From positions 18,096,711 to 18,160,710 of the forward strand of contig MU054187.1 of the NCBI GenBank assembly GCA_013239625.1: a stretch of DNA of 64,000 bases, given 5' to 3'. This DNA is from Lama guanicoe (Eukaryota). A model generated the notes under the pieces. It searched no databases. It had not been told where the DNA came from and saw nothing but the letters and a program-made list of their open reading frames with translations. This document shows, one piece after another, positions 25,885-39,040 of this stretch (its first letter is position 1; each line of letters starts with the position of its first letter). Made by a program: the position numbers and the translations under genes.

Positions 25885-26900
25885 TATAACCCTTTGCTTG
25901 TTTTATTTAGATTGAAACATATAGAGAATGATCTTCCTCTTATGTATGAACAAAATTGGTGTTTGTAAACTCTGATTCTGGAGACAGAGAGCAGAGGCCA
26001 GAACAGCCTCCTGGGACCAGTGAATTCCAGGTCAGACTCTCCTAAGTGACACCCATTATGACAATTGGCCAAAAGCCCAGTCAAGGGCTGTCCTTGGTCT
26101 GATACGTCCTGCTGAATGACAAAGACTTATAGAATTCTCAGAGATGTTCCGGAAGCCACAATGAATCCAGAATTACCTTAGAGATAACTCCCCAAGTGAC
26201 CGAAGCCGATTGTTGGAGGGAGATGATGAATTCTGAAAAAGAGGTTTGTGTTCTTGGTATATTTATTCCACAGGGCCTCCTGCTTGCAGAGAGCATATGC
26301 TCTTGATGCTTTATGAAAATAGAAACCCTGATGATGGAAAGAAACGATCTCATGAGAAAACTTGCCCTGTGCCAGTGCAAATCTGAGCTCTAAGCTTGGA
26401 ATGATGGTGCACTTTTGTGACAAGGTTGGCACCGCTGGGATGTCCAGTTGCGCTACAGGAACGAGCCGTGCCACAAATTCAGCTCCCCTGACCTTCGTGT
26501 GTCAGAATGGGTCAACGTGACTGAAAGTGGTTTTCCCAGTAGCCTGGATCAGCATCCAAACCTGGTCCTGCAGGATGAAAAATGTGTCGTCAAAATGAGC
26601 ACTTCCCACGACAATCTGTTAGCCTCTATTTGGATTACGTATGGTTGCAGAAAAGGCTTCACCCCTCTAGCAATCTGTATCCAAAATGCCCTGTCAAGTT
26701 GTCTCCGTTATTATTTCTTGTCTTACTTGTTCCCTCTTCAGCTTGAGTCGAGACACTCTGTGGGTTATTCGGAAGCAACCATTTCCAGAAAGCCCGCCAT
26801 AGCTTTTGAAGTAACTGAATGAAATTCTCTGCTGAGAACAATCTCTGTGTCACATTCTGACACTGCATTATGATTCTCTTGCTGGACTTTTCTCCCTTCA
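25885..26900 (-). mobile_element. Ancient non-LTR retrotransposon RT fossil (RTE-X/L4-like)
   Basis: Degenerate RT motifs in correct order on the minus strand: LVPVAQLDIPA (~YRPISLLDIPAK), EALWNKY...LFFRIHHL (~EALWNKL..LLFLIHRL), DQGQPLTGLLAN (~RQGCPLAPLLFN), LLSVSRIR..FCSY..FNLNKTSK (~LLS.TRIGL..YC..IN.KTK). Confidence 0.6.
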
Positions 26901-27301
26901 GGTCATCATCCTGAATGGAAATGAATTATGAAAGAAGAGGAGTCAGAGATGATGTAGAAATGCACTTTAAATCTTTGTCGTTATGAAAACCTCTAAGTCA
27001 TAGCAGCAGAGGGCAAGGAGAAAAGTACCTGGTCCACATACACCACTTTTCTAAATTAATTTTTATCTTTCTTTTCCAAAATAAATCCTGTAGTAAAATG
27101 ACATTTAACTTGTCAATTTAAATAGTAAATCATTAAGAATAAGCAAGTCACACTTATAAAATAAGACAAACCTAAATGTCTCTCTTTAGCAGCAGTGGAT
27201 GTGCTGAAGATAAGCTTTCCCCAACAGGGAGAGGCTGAGCTTTGTAGAAAATGCCTATTTGAGAAGGAGGTACTTGAATTTCCCACTGGGCATCTTCTGA
27301 A

Positions 27302-27485
27302 CAGAGGTTCTCAAACTTAACTTTCATTAAAATCACCTGAAATTTTCTTTAAATTGCAGATTGCTGGACCCCACCCCCAGGGTTTCTGATGCAGTAGATC
27401 TGGGAGGACCCATGAGTTGAAAATGTTAATAAGTGCCAGAGGATGCTGACGCTGCTTGTCTGGGGACCACACACGGAAAGCTACA
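27302..27485. mobile_element. MER5A (hAT-Charlie MITE)
   Basis: 'cagaggttctcaaactt...aatcacctg...tgcagattgctggacccccacccccagggtttctgat...ggggaccacac'. Confidence 0.85.
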
Positions 27486-28351
27486 GAGCTAGAGGACATT
27501 CCTGGCCATGCTCACACCCTAGCTCTCTCTTCCCCAAGGGAGGAGGACTCATTACTCTTTTGGGGGAAATTATGGGACAGGTTCAGCTCAACTATTTCTT
27601 CTTTTCCTTTGAGCTTAGCAGGGCAGGCTCTGCCCTTCTTAGAAAGGATTAGAATGCCCAGTGATGAAAATAATTAGAGAACTATCAAAGCATAATTGTC
27701 AAACTTTTAAAATATGCAAGTCTACTGCAAATACACAGTTACCATGTATCAAATACTTATTTAAGGCAATAATAAAGGAAATAGAAGATTTGTAGGCAAA
27801 GCTGGTTCACAAGCATATAAAAGAGATGGAATTACAACAGAATCCTAAAATAAGATTAGGGTGTAAAATATAAGGGTAATTAATGTCTTATGGTGCAATT
27901 AAACTGTAACATTTGGGGATTACCTTCTCTACTGGTTAGAAACCTATTGTGTCTGTTTTGGACAAAAGTCATTTACAACATACAAATCCATAAAGTAATG
28001 TTTCACTTGACAGAATCTAGGCGCTAATTCATGGTAAATAGTAAATCAAACAAATCTACGTTCCGCTAGCGTGGGGGTTATAAACCATAGCCAACAGGAA
28101 AATTCCAACCCATTATCTATTTTTGGAAATAAAGTTTACTGTAACACAGGCATACATCCATTCATGTAGGTTTATGGCCTTTTTTTTTTTTTTTTAGTTA
28201 AAACAGCTAGAAATAGATAATCCCCATAGAGGCTTATTACAATGCTCCAATCATTCTTTTATCTTATCTCCCACTTTTGGATAGTTTTTCTTAACAGAAC
28301 AAGTAAGTACTAAATCAGGCATTAAAACAAGACGAGTTCAGAAGACAGAAC

Positions 28352-29530
28352 TGTGCTGAATTTTTACCGTACCAACTTAGCTAAGCTAAAACTGCTATGT
28401 TTCGTAGAATTCCCTTCCCTGAGACCAACATGACTTTAATGTTCTCCTCAGCTTGACTAAACTTTAGACAGACTTTTTCCCAACTCTAGGGCCCTGACCT
28501 CCCTTTTCTTAGGACATTTATTTTGGAAAACTTGTCTTTGTAAATTCTTTCTCTGCCTCTTTGAGATACAAATCTTTTTAAAGGCCTCCTGTCAGTTTTA
28601 CAACCTAAGACTGTCTATGTCAAGGACTTGGGAGCTGTCCTTTTGAAAAGTACTCATCAAGGCAGATAACAGCCCTGTGGAAGTGTGGGCTCACTCCAGT
28701 GAGCACCTTGTTTCAAGTTGTAAAACTACCTTCTGCCACGAGGTTAAGAGAAAGTTTACTTTTCCTTTAGGTATGGCCAATTAGCAAACACAGATGACTT
28801 ACCCATGACCACACCCCACCTCCCCATCCCAATCTTAGCCCTTAAAAACATCTGCCATTTGTTTCACTGGAGTTGAACTCAGACTGAGTTCTGACATCTC
28901 TCTCCTATTGCAATAGCCCTGAATAAAGTCTTCCTTGCCTATTCATCATTGTCTGGTGCAATTTTTGCTTTGACACTGGCGTATTTCCTCATTAGCATGA
29001 ACCACAAGGGACATTCTACATGACACTGAAAGGCAGAAGTGAGGCCAGTCATATTTTCCTTACACTCAGGTCCCTGCACAGCAAAACATGATGTTGCACA
29101 TCTCATATACATTTGTCCTTGATCTACTGACTCATTTTATTGTTGTTTGATAGCAGCTAAGCCTGTACCTCCTCTAGCCCTGCTGGATCTCCTTTAGTGT
29201 CAATAAATCCATAGCTAGCATTTGCTACAAGTGGGGCAGCAGCTAGGATTATAGGTCCTCAAACTCTTGCCAGCTCATCTTAAACTCTCCAAATCCTGGG
29301 CACCAGCTTCTTTGGACGGTTACTGGTATCATTGAAGTTGGAGGCTTGGTTGGAGGAGGTGAGAGAGAGATGGATGTTCCTGCTTGTCCTTATGAATTCC
29401 AGTCTGTCTTTGGTACCCCACTTTATGTCTATCGTTTGTTGTTTTTCTGCCTTCCCTGCTATCTTCAGGCCAGAATCAGACACAGAGGCAACAGCTGTAT
29501 ATAAACTGTTGAACCAAATCCCATTGTTGC
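28352..29530 (+). mobile_element. ERV-L 5' LTR (LTR41-like), interrupted by an ERV1 LTR and lacking its 3' end
   Basis: 'tgtgctg...ctaagctaaaact...gaattcccttccct' then 'ccacaagggacattct...aaggcagaagtgag'; homologous to 33049-34160. Confidence 0.65.
28420..28975 (+). mobile_element. ERV1-class solo LTR (MER39/MER34-like) nested in the ERV-L LTR
   Basis: TG...CA termini (tgagacc...tttgaca), AATAAA at 28922; same family as 2171-2634. Confidence 0.8.
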
Positions 29531-32500
29531 ACAGTTTAATGGCAGCTGAGTCAAAGCAGGAGTCAAGATAGTCTAGTTGGCCAGTTGATCACAGTGTCCC
29601 TAGAACTGAAATAGTTGGACAGTATATTAAAGTCTTATTTAGTCTGTGGTACATAGAAGACCTCTTGGTCTAGTGAACAGATGCCTGACAAGGTATTCTA
29701 ATTGGGGAATCCTGCCCCTCAACAAATTCCCAGATGTGAACCAGCTCACACATCCAGAGCTTCTTAAATGAAGGGAAGACCAGTGCCTTTGAGGAGGAGC
29801 CCTATTCCATGATGAAAATTTATAATGTAAATCTTTTAGGCTTCCCCCAAAGGAGTGCGCAGCCTTTTATCAGAGTAATTGTGTACTGTAGAAGAGGAAA
29901 TAATCAGGCTTTTGAAAGATTGCTAGACATTGACTGTAAACTTAAACTAATTCCTGGAGACCAAAAATTTCACCGTGGTGCCCAGTCATAGCAAAGGTGG
30001 ATAGGGGTCTGTGATCAGCGGAGCTTTGGCTTGGATCTGCCTCACAGTGAGCCAGGAAGCCTACAAACTTACCTGGATTCTAGAATGCATGATTATATTT
30101 ATAGACACATTTAGAAACTGGCAGAATTTGCACTTTGGTTTCCTAACCTATGGAGTAAAGGCTATCAGGTTAGGTAAGGCCAAGTGGAAACCACTAGAGC
30201 TGCCTAGATAGTAAACCAAAATCGATATTGCGTTTCTTGGCAGACTGTAGAGAATAGAGCCACCAGTAAAGACTTGAAAGATGCAGGGGTAGTGATTTCT
30301 ACCACATCTCCTTTAACTTGTCTATTTGTCCTCTAAGGAAGACAGATGGATTTTGGAGAATGACAGTGGGTTTCCATAAACTTAACCAGATGGTGACTCC
30401 AACTGCAGTTGCTCTTTCAAATGTGATTTTGTTACTAGAGCAAATCAACATATTCCCTGGCATATGGTATGGGGGTATTGATCTGGCAAATGCTCTTTGC
30501 TCCATACCTGTTAGTAAAGACCACCAGAAGCAGTTTGTCTTCAGCTGTCTGAGCCAACAATACATTATCGCTATCCTACCTCAGGGCTGTATCAATTCTG
30601 TGACCTTGTCTCCAGTAGGATGTCATGATGGTCCATTTTATTTGTAATATTTAGCTTTTTGGGAAGGATGTGAAAATAATAACTTTAGGCATTGTTTAGA
30701 AACATCTAAGCCAGTGGGTAGGAAACAAATTCCATGAAATTTCTGGGATCCATTTATCACCTAATGAAATTTCTGGGATCCATTTATCCGGGGCAAGTCA
30801 AGATATGCCTTCTAAAATGAAGGACAAATTACTGTGTCTGACTCCTCCCACCATTAAATAAAAAGCACCGATAGTAAGTCTTAAAATATTGGATGCAAGA
30901 TATACCACATTGGGACTTGCTACTCTGACCCATTTACCTAGTAACTCAAAAAGCTTTCAGTTTTCATGAAGGTCCAGAACAAGAGAAACCCTGCTGCACG
31001 TACAAGATGTCAGGCAAGTTGTTCTGTCATTTGAGCTATGTAATCTACAAGATACAACAGCGACGGAAGTGTCTTTGTCAGATAGGAAGACTATATGGAA
31101 TTTTGGCAGTCTTTACAAGTGATTCACAGAGCAGATCTTTAGGATTTCAAAGCAAATCTATGCCTTCTTTTGCAAACAATCATTCTCCCTTTGAAAAACA
31201 TCTCTGGCTTGATAAGCACCCTTAGTAGGAACCCAACACCTAATCATCAGTCACCAAACTACAATATGACCTGAAATACCCACCAGGGTGTTGTCTGACT
31301 CACTAATCCATAATCTCAAGAGATCACAGTAACATATGAGATTGAGCTCAATCAGTTTCTAAGACACAAGTAACTTGCACAAGCACCAATGCCCACAGCC
31401 CATTTCTCTACTATATTGCCTCCTCCTTCTCAACCTGTACCTATGATCTGAGGGAGAATTGATTAAGGAAGAAAAAATGGGGCTTGATTTACAGGTGGTT
31501 CTGCGTGACATCCCTGAAGGTAGATGACTACAATACTATAGCCTCGCTCTGGGACATCCCTGAAAAACAGTGGAAAAGGAAAATGCACCCAGTGGTCAGA
31601 AATTTGAGCAACACACTTGATTATTCATTTTGCTTGAAAGAAAAGATGACCAGGAGTTTGAATCTAGCCTGATTCAAAGGCAGTAACCAGTGATTTGGCT
31701 GGATGACCAAGGACTTAGAAAAAACACAATTGGTGAAAAGGAGGTCCAAGAAAGAAATATGTGATGAATTTCTCTGAATGGACAAGATGTGAAGATATAT
31801 GCATCAAATGTGACCAAAAAGCATTCTCAGCAGATGAGGATCTTAATAGTCAGTTAGACAAGATGACCTATTCAGTAGACATCAGCCTCTTACCCCAGCC
31901 AAAGGGCTCATGAACAAAATGGTCATTGTGGCAGGAATAAAGGTTTTCCATCCACTGCAGAACAATGACCTTCCTCTCACTTAGGCTGTAGCCACCGCTG
32001 TGCGTCGAATCCGCCAATGGCAGAGACTGTGATTTGACATCATTCCCCAGGCGATCCGCCAGCCACTAGGTGGAAAGTCAATTACATATAACCATTTTCA
32101 TCATGGAAGGGACAGAGCTTTGTTTCCACTGGAATTGACACATTGTGGACACTGATTTGCCAACTCCACCTGCAATGCTTCCAGCCAAACCTCCATCTGT
32201 GGACCCAAGAAATTCCTTTCACACGTCTTGGCCTTTGTCTCGGCATTGCTTCTGAACAAGGGACTCATCTTCCTCCAAATGAAGTGTGATAACTGACTCA
32301 TGTTCATGGCATTCACTGGTCTCACCACGTTCTGCATCATCTATTAGCAACTGACCTGATAGAATAGTTGGATGGGCTTTTGAGATCTCAGTCACAACAC
32401 CAGCTGGGTGGCCCCTTTCATCGTAACTCCAAGTAATCCAGCAAAAATTTTTGCTTCCTATCCCTGAAACTTTGGACTTTGTTTCTTAGTTTCAAAAAAA

Positions 32501-33045
32501 AAAAAATCAGTTTCCACTGGGTGATACAGTAAGCATCTTATTACACTGAAATCTGAGACAGCCACTTGCACACACTGGGTTCCTCATGTTGCTGTCAGTC
32601 AAAATAGATGGGATCAAAAATAGATGATTCGAATCAAAAAGAAGATGCAACTATAATTGCAATGGTGATAAACCGACCATCCAGGAGAAAGTGGGCTGCA
32701 ATTCCACAACGGGTAGAAAGGAAGAGGCTGCCTGGAATTCAGAATATATTTCTGTACATATGGACCATTTTTTCTTCTCCTCTTTTATTTCCATCAACTA
32801 ACAAAAGAATGAAGAAGTATTTATATTAATTTACCTTAAATGTAAGGTTTTAAGTTACAGACTAACGAAGAAGGGGGAATATGTTTCTGCTGGAAACTCT
32901 TACGTAGAAGAGTGTTTTCAGTTGTACAATGGATGGCTATGTCATGTTATGCAGAAGCACTATTTTGCTGTTGTCTTAAGTTGGAAGTCATATTAAGAGC
33001 AGTTAAAAGAAGTGTATATAAATGCCAAGTTGCAGAGGGTGGGGA
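29530..33045 (+). mobile_element. Decayed ERV-L internal region: gag C-terminus, protease, RT, RNase H, integrase, probable dUTPase
   Basis: RLLDIDCKLKLIPGDQK (protease ~LLDTGSELTLIPGDPK); KTDGFWRMTVGFHKLNQ...IDLANALCSIPVSKDHQKQF...LPQGCINS (RT, ORF 30318-30647); HGIHWSHHVLHH (integrase, ~32300); purine tract 'agagggtgggg' before the 3' LTR; many stops and frameshifts. Confidence 0.93.
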
Positions 33046-33048
33046 GCA

Positions 33049-34160
33049 GTGTATTTACACTGCACCAGTTTAACTTGCAAAAGCACCCTTGGATTCCCAC
33101 CAACTTGGCTCCTGGTTAGTGTGGGCCACTGTTGAGAAGGGGGAAATTTCCCCCCTTTACCCTTCTTGAGTTCCTGTGGCCGGCCCTATAATACAATTGA
33201 CTGAAGACAGATAAACAGGAGAAAAAGAAACTAATCTTAATTCAGGCACACAGGGGTATCATAGAAATGGAAGCTAAGAAGTGGCCAAAGCAGGCAGCTT
33301 TTATACTTTTTAGATAAAGAAACAATAACTTTGTGAGGAATTGACAGGACAAAGAAACTTAGGTTTTGAGTACTCAATTAGTGAAGAATCTACACAAAGT
33401 CTGGGCTGGGGTAGTATATTAAAGAAGTAACAAAGGTTGTCTGTTCAGGCTTCCGAGCCTGAATTCACTAACCCCGGGGCATACTGTCTTTCTACCTCCA
33501 GACACAAGGGCTGCACCTTTCACATGGAGATGTATGTCCTGCTTTCCGGGAGACAGAAAAGGTCAGTGTGCCCCTCTTGCATTGGCTCTTTCTTAAGCAA
33601 CTTTAATTCAAAATAACCAATATGCCACTGGGGCATATTTTGCGTGGCCTCCCCTGGGCCCAGCACCACAAAGACATTATGCACAAGGTTGCAAAAGCAG
33701 AAAAAGCAGCAGGTCCATCCGGCCCGAGGCTCTGTTGCCCCTCACGCTCATCGTCACTGACGCGGTGCCCCTTGTTGGTGAGGGGGCCCAGCCAGGCTCA
33801 CAGCTTCTCTAGCTCCCACTGGACCTCTTTATGCTTATGCTTCTCTAAATCCTGGCCAGGTGCATGTGTATCTCTGTGATGAAGAGTGCCAGCTTTTCTT
33901 CAGGTCACCGTTGTCATCAGTGTTGGAGCTTGTAGGTGGTGAGAGACCTGTGCGGGTTCTGGTTTGTCCCGGTGGGTTCTGTTGTCCCTGCTTCCCCTGC
34001 TCCATGCCTCTCTTTCTCACTTCTCTGCTTTGTTGGCTTCATTCTCAGGACCAGCTGCAGAACCAACAGCTACACATAAAGAGTTTAAGCGGCTCCTAGA
34101 TTTGGGTAAGACCAGCAATAAATAACCATCCCCGTATTCTCCAACATTCTAATAAAATCC
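33049..34160 (+). mobile_element. ERV-L 3' LTR (LTR41-like), interrupted by an ERV1 LTR
   Basis: Follows PPT; 'ggttagtgtgggccac|aaagacattatgcac', 'caacagctacacataaa', AATAAA ~34117. Confidence 0.7.
33130..33665 (-). mobile_element. ERV1-class solo LTR (536 bp) nested in the ERV-L 3' LTR
   Basis: TG...CA termini; 4-bp TSD CCAC at 33126-33129 and 33666-33669; reverse TATA 'ttttata' ~33300. Confidence 0.88.
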
Positions 34161-36019
34161 CGAGGATTACAATGTCAATGAAAATGAGCTAGAAATGTTG
34201 GAGAAAACCCAATACAGGAGATTGATTTTAAATCAAAAATTGAGAGAAATTATTGCAAAGGACAAGATGGGCCATCCCAAAATGAAAAAGGAAGTACTAT
34301 GCATATTTAAGGGTCAAGAACAGTGAATTTGCCCCTCTGGAGAAAAGGGAGTATGTCAGAAAGAGGGATAAAATATATTTTGATGTAGGTGAGGGGATCA
34401 GAACACAGCAAGCTATGACATTTGAGCTGAGGAATTTTTACGGCTTCTTGTGAGCCTCAGCAAGGCTGGTGAATGCTGTAGCATTTTTGTCATGAGGGCT
34501 GATGTGGCTGAGACCTGAGAAGCCAGTTCTAGAAAGTTCTCTCAGAAAGACAAGACAGAAGGAAGTAGGAATCTTAGGAGCAAAGCCAAGGATGGTTTGC
34601 TAAGACTGATATGCAGAAATGGGAGTCCAGAAGTAAGATAATAAGTCTCCATGGTTAGAACCATTTTAATAAAATAACCATCATTGACTTAGCCAGGTGT
34701 AGTGCCCAATGCTTTATATAAAGTGACTCATGAAAACATGTAGAGCAAATATTATTGTCTCTTGTTATGCAGATAAAGACACTGATATCTAGAGGTTTAA
34801 TAGTTCACTCAAAGTTATATATTTAGAATGAGAAAATCCTGCATTCAAACAAAGCTGTCCCTGAATGCAAATGTTTTGCTGAGAACCACTAGGTCATAAA
34901 GCCAGGTGGCACTTCATTCAATGCTAGGATGATAAACTGTGAGGTGAGGACCACGTACATTTGCTGTGCCTAATGCCTGACTTTGTTCTCATGAGTATGA
35001 AGCTGTAGATGGAAATTTAAATGGACAAGCTAAAAAAATTACAAAGATAGGTGAGAACCAAGGAGGAATACACGAATTGCACACTCCTGAGCACACCAAA
35101 CAGGTCTGTGTGTGCATATGTGCCAAGTTTGTCAAAAGCCAAGTCATACCTATTTTCTTGTTTATATGGATTATATCCCAAATGACATGAATTCCAATTT
35201 GCCCTTTCTAGTGAAATTGAGATGAAAATTCTTCTTCATTTATGTCAAGGCAAAAGCAAAGAACATTTAAAAAGAGAAGAGAAATGTGTGTTTTGAACGT
35301 CAAGAGGCTGTCAAATGTGGCCTGGAACACCCGTCTCCCTTAAGAAGCAGCGAGGGGTGATTGAGTCCTCACTCTGCCACATTCGAGCTGCAGCAAATCA
35401 CTCAAGCTCTCTGCAGATCTTCATTCTCATCTGGAAAACGGGGCTGATAATTGTTATGAGGATTATTGACGTTCATATTTGCGAAGTGCCTAAAAGAATA
35501 CTTAGCAGATGGTAAAGCACCATCCTAGATAAGTGTTTATAATTAAGTTAAATACATGACACTTTTGAGAATTCATTATAAAAAGCCAGGGTCAAGTCAA
35601 ATGTCATCTCCTTTGTAAGACTGCTTTCAGGGGCTCAATCAAGTACTTTTTGCACACCTGACAGGTTCAAAGTAGTGCTCTCAGTCTAGGATTAGAGAGG
35701 TGAACAGAGCTGATGTTAAAGATGACCTCAAGAAGATTTATTGTCCCAATCCTGGAATATTGCATGCATTATATTTAAGCTCTATATTAGAATGTGGTTC
35801 TACTCTATTGGAGCATTCACCATGTCTTGATGTAAATTTTTTGATGTAAATCTTACTTACATAATCATTTCCCTCACTTATCATAAAATATCTAAGAGCC
35901 TGAGATACATGCTTCCTTGTATTTAAGTTCATATAAAGAATAGGTACTAAAGAAACGCCAATTAAATTTGGAAGGAAGAAAAGAAGGCAGGGAGGGAGGG
36001 AGGAGCCACTGAGGTGGGA

Positions 36020-36250
36020 CAGGTAAGAGCACTGATTGTGGGTTCCAACTGCTTGTCCTCAAATCCTAGCTACAACCTAGTAGCTGTTTGACATTAGGCG
36101 GGTTACTTAATCTTCCCAATTCCAGTGCCATCAGCTGTTAATGAAAATGGTGATCATAGTGTCTACTTTGAGAGGTTTTCAGTGGGATTTAAAGAACTAA
36201 TGATTTGAAGGCATGTAGCTTAAATATGACACATAGTAATCACACTATTT
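36020..36250 (+). mobile_element. MIR SINE
   Basis: 'tcaaatcctagct...tagctgtttgacattaggcgggttacttaatct' MIR core; other MIRs at ~35365-35520, 45250-45440, 49900-50085, 55220-55800. Confidence 0.7.
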
Positions 36251-37599
36251 AATATATTGCTATTATATATGATGAGCAAAATAAACTTTAGATAAATCAT
36301 TCTCTAAAGATGATGCTGTGATTCAACATGTGTACAAAGTTAAAATTCCTTGATGTGTGTTTGCGGGTGTGTGTGAATGTGTGTGTGTGTGTGTGTGGAT
36401 GCAAAACAGTATTCCTGTAAGATATGAAAGTCTTATCATTTTTATTTGAGCAAATGATACAGAAAGATTTAGCCTGTCTAACTTACAACACACCATTCTA
36501 ATGCCATGTGAACAAAAGGATTGCAGTTCTGGGTCCCTGCCACACTGTCATACAGACCAATTGCAGCAAAGTCGATGAATCAAATGTAATTTAGTCTGGC
36601 TCAACTAGATCCAGCTGGAGGCTGTTTCTGCACATGAAGCAGAAAAAATATTATAGACCATAATTTCTGCTCAGATTGGTCAGTCTCAGTCATTCTAGCT
36701 GGCAGGCAATTGGTCTGACTAAAATGATTCTGTGTGAGTGATTCCGTGATGGTGGAGCAAGCACAACCTTTAACCTACAATAAAGTAGACTTGATACATT
36801 CTTCCTGACTCAATAAAAGGTCATCATCAGGGATGTAGGCCGGAACAATTTCTTCGATATGCCTACCTGAGCCTCCAAGAAAGCTACGTAAATGCTACCT
36901 TATGAAAGCCAAGAGGAGCATTTTCTTGTCCATTAAGATGCTAAGGAGTGGCCAGAGAATCACATAAGACACATTCTCTGCTCTGTCTCACCTCATGCAG
37001 GGGTCCCAAAGATATACATACATATGTGTGTGTGTGTGTATATATTTATATATATTTTATATATATGTCTATATGTCCCTGCCCCCTTGCTCCTACTAAC
37101 ATTTTACGTGGGGTACTGATTTAAATAAAGCCAAATAAAGCATCTCTGAATTTCATTTCAACACATAGACAAATATTCCATGTCATTTTCTGCAGTTCCA
37201 TCCATCTCAGATTTACTTTATATTTATTATACCCTCAAGGGTATTATGATTTCAACCGTGGGCCGTGCTCAGTGGCTGCCTGCTTCCCCCTGGCTGTTTA
37301 CCTGCCCCTGCCAGCCCTCCATCAAGGTCACAGAAAGCACTGTGGACGTGATAGTCTAGCATGAAACAAAATATATGAAGAACTAAAAGTTTTGTGCCTA
37401 TGTGGCAATTCCACAGTTGGTATCTTGGATATTCGAGTGAAATTCTATCCTCAAAAAGAACACAGGACAGCCTGACAGGGTACAGGTTTAGGGGAAACTC
37501 TCTTTCTGCAGGAAGCAGGAGGGCTCATCAGGGTGACCAGTAACAGCTAAGACCAAGAACCAACTACAAAGAGCCACCTATGGGAATGAACTGAGGTGA

Positions 37600-39040
37600 A
37601 AGTGTGTAATGCGTTACAAAAGGGTCCCAGTCTTCCCATCCATGGATGAACGCACACTCCTTTGCTATGTGACTCTGAAGCTCCTCTCCACTCATTAAAT
37701 ACCAGCTTGGCCATGTGAATTTCTTTGGTCCACGGAGCAATGGCAAATGTGACAGGAGACAAAGTTTGAAAAACTCTTCTGGGCTTGATGTTTCATGCTG
37801 CCTTGGGGATGCCAGCAATCACTTTGACTAACCAGCTGAATGATGACAGACACATGGCCTGGAGCCCTAGTCAGCTTCTGGGTAATCAGTTAGGGCGCTG
37901 GCCACCAGCTGCACACAGATTCATGAGTGAGTCTAGATAAGACCAGAAGGATAACCACCCAGCTGAGCCCAGACTCAATTGCTAACCAGTGGAATAATTA
38001 GCTAATAAACGATTGATGTTTTAAGCCATTCCATTTTGAGCTAATTTATTATTTAGCAAAAGATAATTGATATAGAACTTTTTTTTAACCTAGAAATGGG
38101 TTTCTTCTTTACCAAACATCTTTTACTGAAACATGTATCATTGTCTCTGGGACTTGGCTACAAGAAAAAGTATTAATGAAATCTGGAAAAGTGATAAAAC
38201 AGTGGAGGCTGAAAAAGTGATGAGGAAATTGCTATGGTACGTTGGAAAACGAGGACTTGTGTTAGGAAGTTGTGAACAATTGGAAAAACTATTGTCTGTG
38301 AAAACTTAGAAAATAGAAAACTTACTTAATGAAATTTTGGGTGTAGTTAAGGAGAAGCCCAGGCAGAATGAAGAAAGTATATTTTGGTTGATCAATAAGA
38401 TAGGAGAATACAGAGGTAAGATAAATAACTGGTTAGTTTGTAAGAAGAGTTGAAAAGAAATACGGAGGAAGCAACAAATAAAGTTTCTCTCGCCTCCAGT
38501 CAGTTTCCCCAGAACTGTTAGGGACCAGGCACTGCTATGAGCTTCCCATTCCTTCCCTTTTCAAATGGAAGACTTTATTTCTGTTATACCGTTTTCCTGT
38601 CATTACTGTGTGTTGGGTCTAAAAGTGGCAAATAACTAGCCTTTTTAGATCATAGGTTCCTGCAACAATGGAAACCATATCCAAGATGTACAGGAAATTA
38701 CAAGATCAAGATTGTGGGGTTTTGAGCCTAGTGCCATAATTGGATGTGGTTTTAAGGCCCCTAGAGAGAGATGAATATGTTTTGCATGTGGGAATAATAT
38801 GAATATTTATGACTAACATGCAAGCAAGCTTTGTATAGAGGGTGAGAAACCGTATGGAAGAGAATTTAGGTATCCATTCAATGGTAAGCCAGCCCCCAGC
38901 CACAAACAGTCACCTACCAGACATGTGAATGAGGACACCAACTACTGGCTAAATGCAGATACATGAGTGAGGCCATCTGAGACCAGCAGGTTATAATTCA
39001 GCTGATCCAAGCCCCTATGTCAATCTACAGAATTATATAT
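37600..39040 (+). mobile_element. MaLR element: MLT1 LTR (~37600-38073), deleted internal region (~38074-38820), partial second LTR
   Basis: 'cccagctgagcccag...gttttaagccattccattttg...gataattgatata' LTR end; internal end 'gatgaatatgttttgcatgtggga'; second 'cagacatgtgaatgagg...cagctgatccaagccc'. Confidence 0.65.

Noticed and set aside
26448..26822. 124-aa plus-strand ORF
   Set aside because: Antisense shadow of the minus-strand RT fossil; non-ATG start
27003..27016. CTCF-like motif gcagcagagggcaa
   Set aside because: Single imperfect motif match; expected by chance in 64 kb without occupancy data
30318..30647. RT ORF as a functional or domesticated gene
   Set aside because: Fragment only; catalytic YIDD region disrupted and flanking pol riddled with stops and frameshifts
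36600..36870. Possible RT motifs (YYRP*FLL, HQGCRP)
   Set aside because: Only two short motifs with no consistent supporting frame; too weak to call
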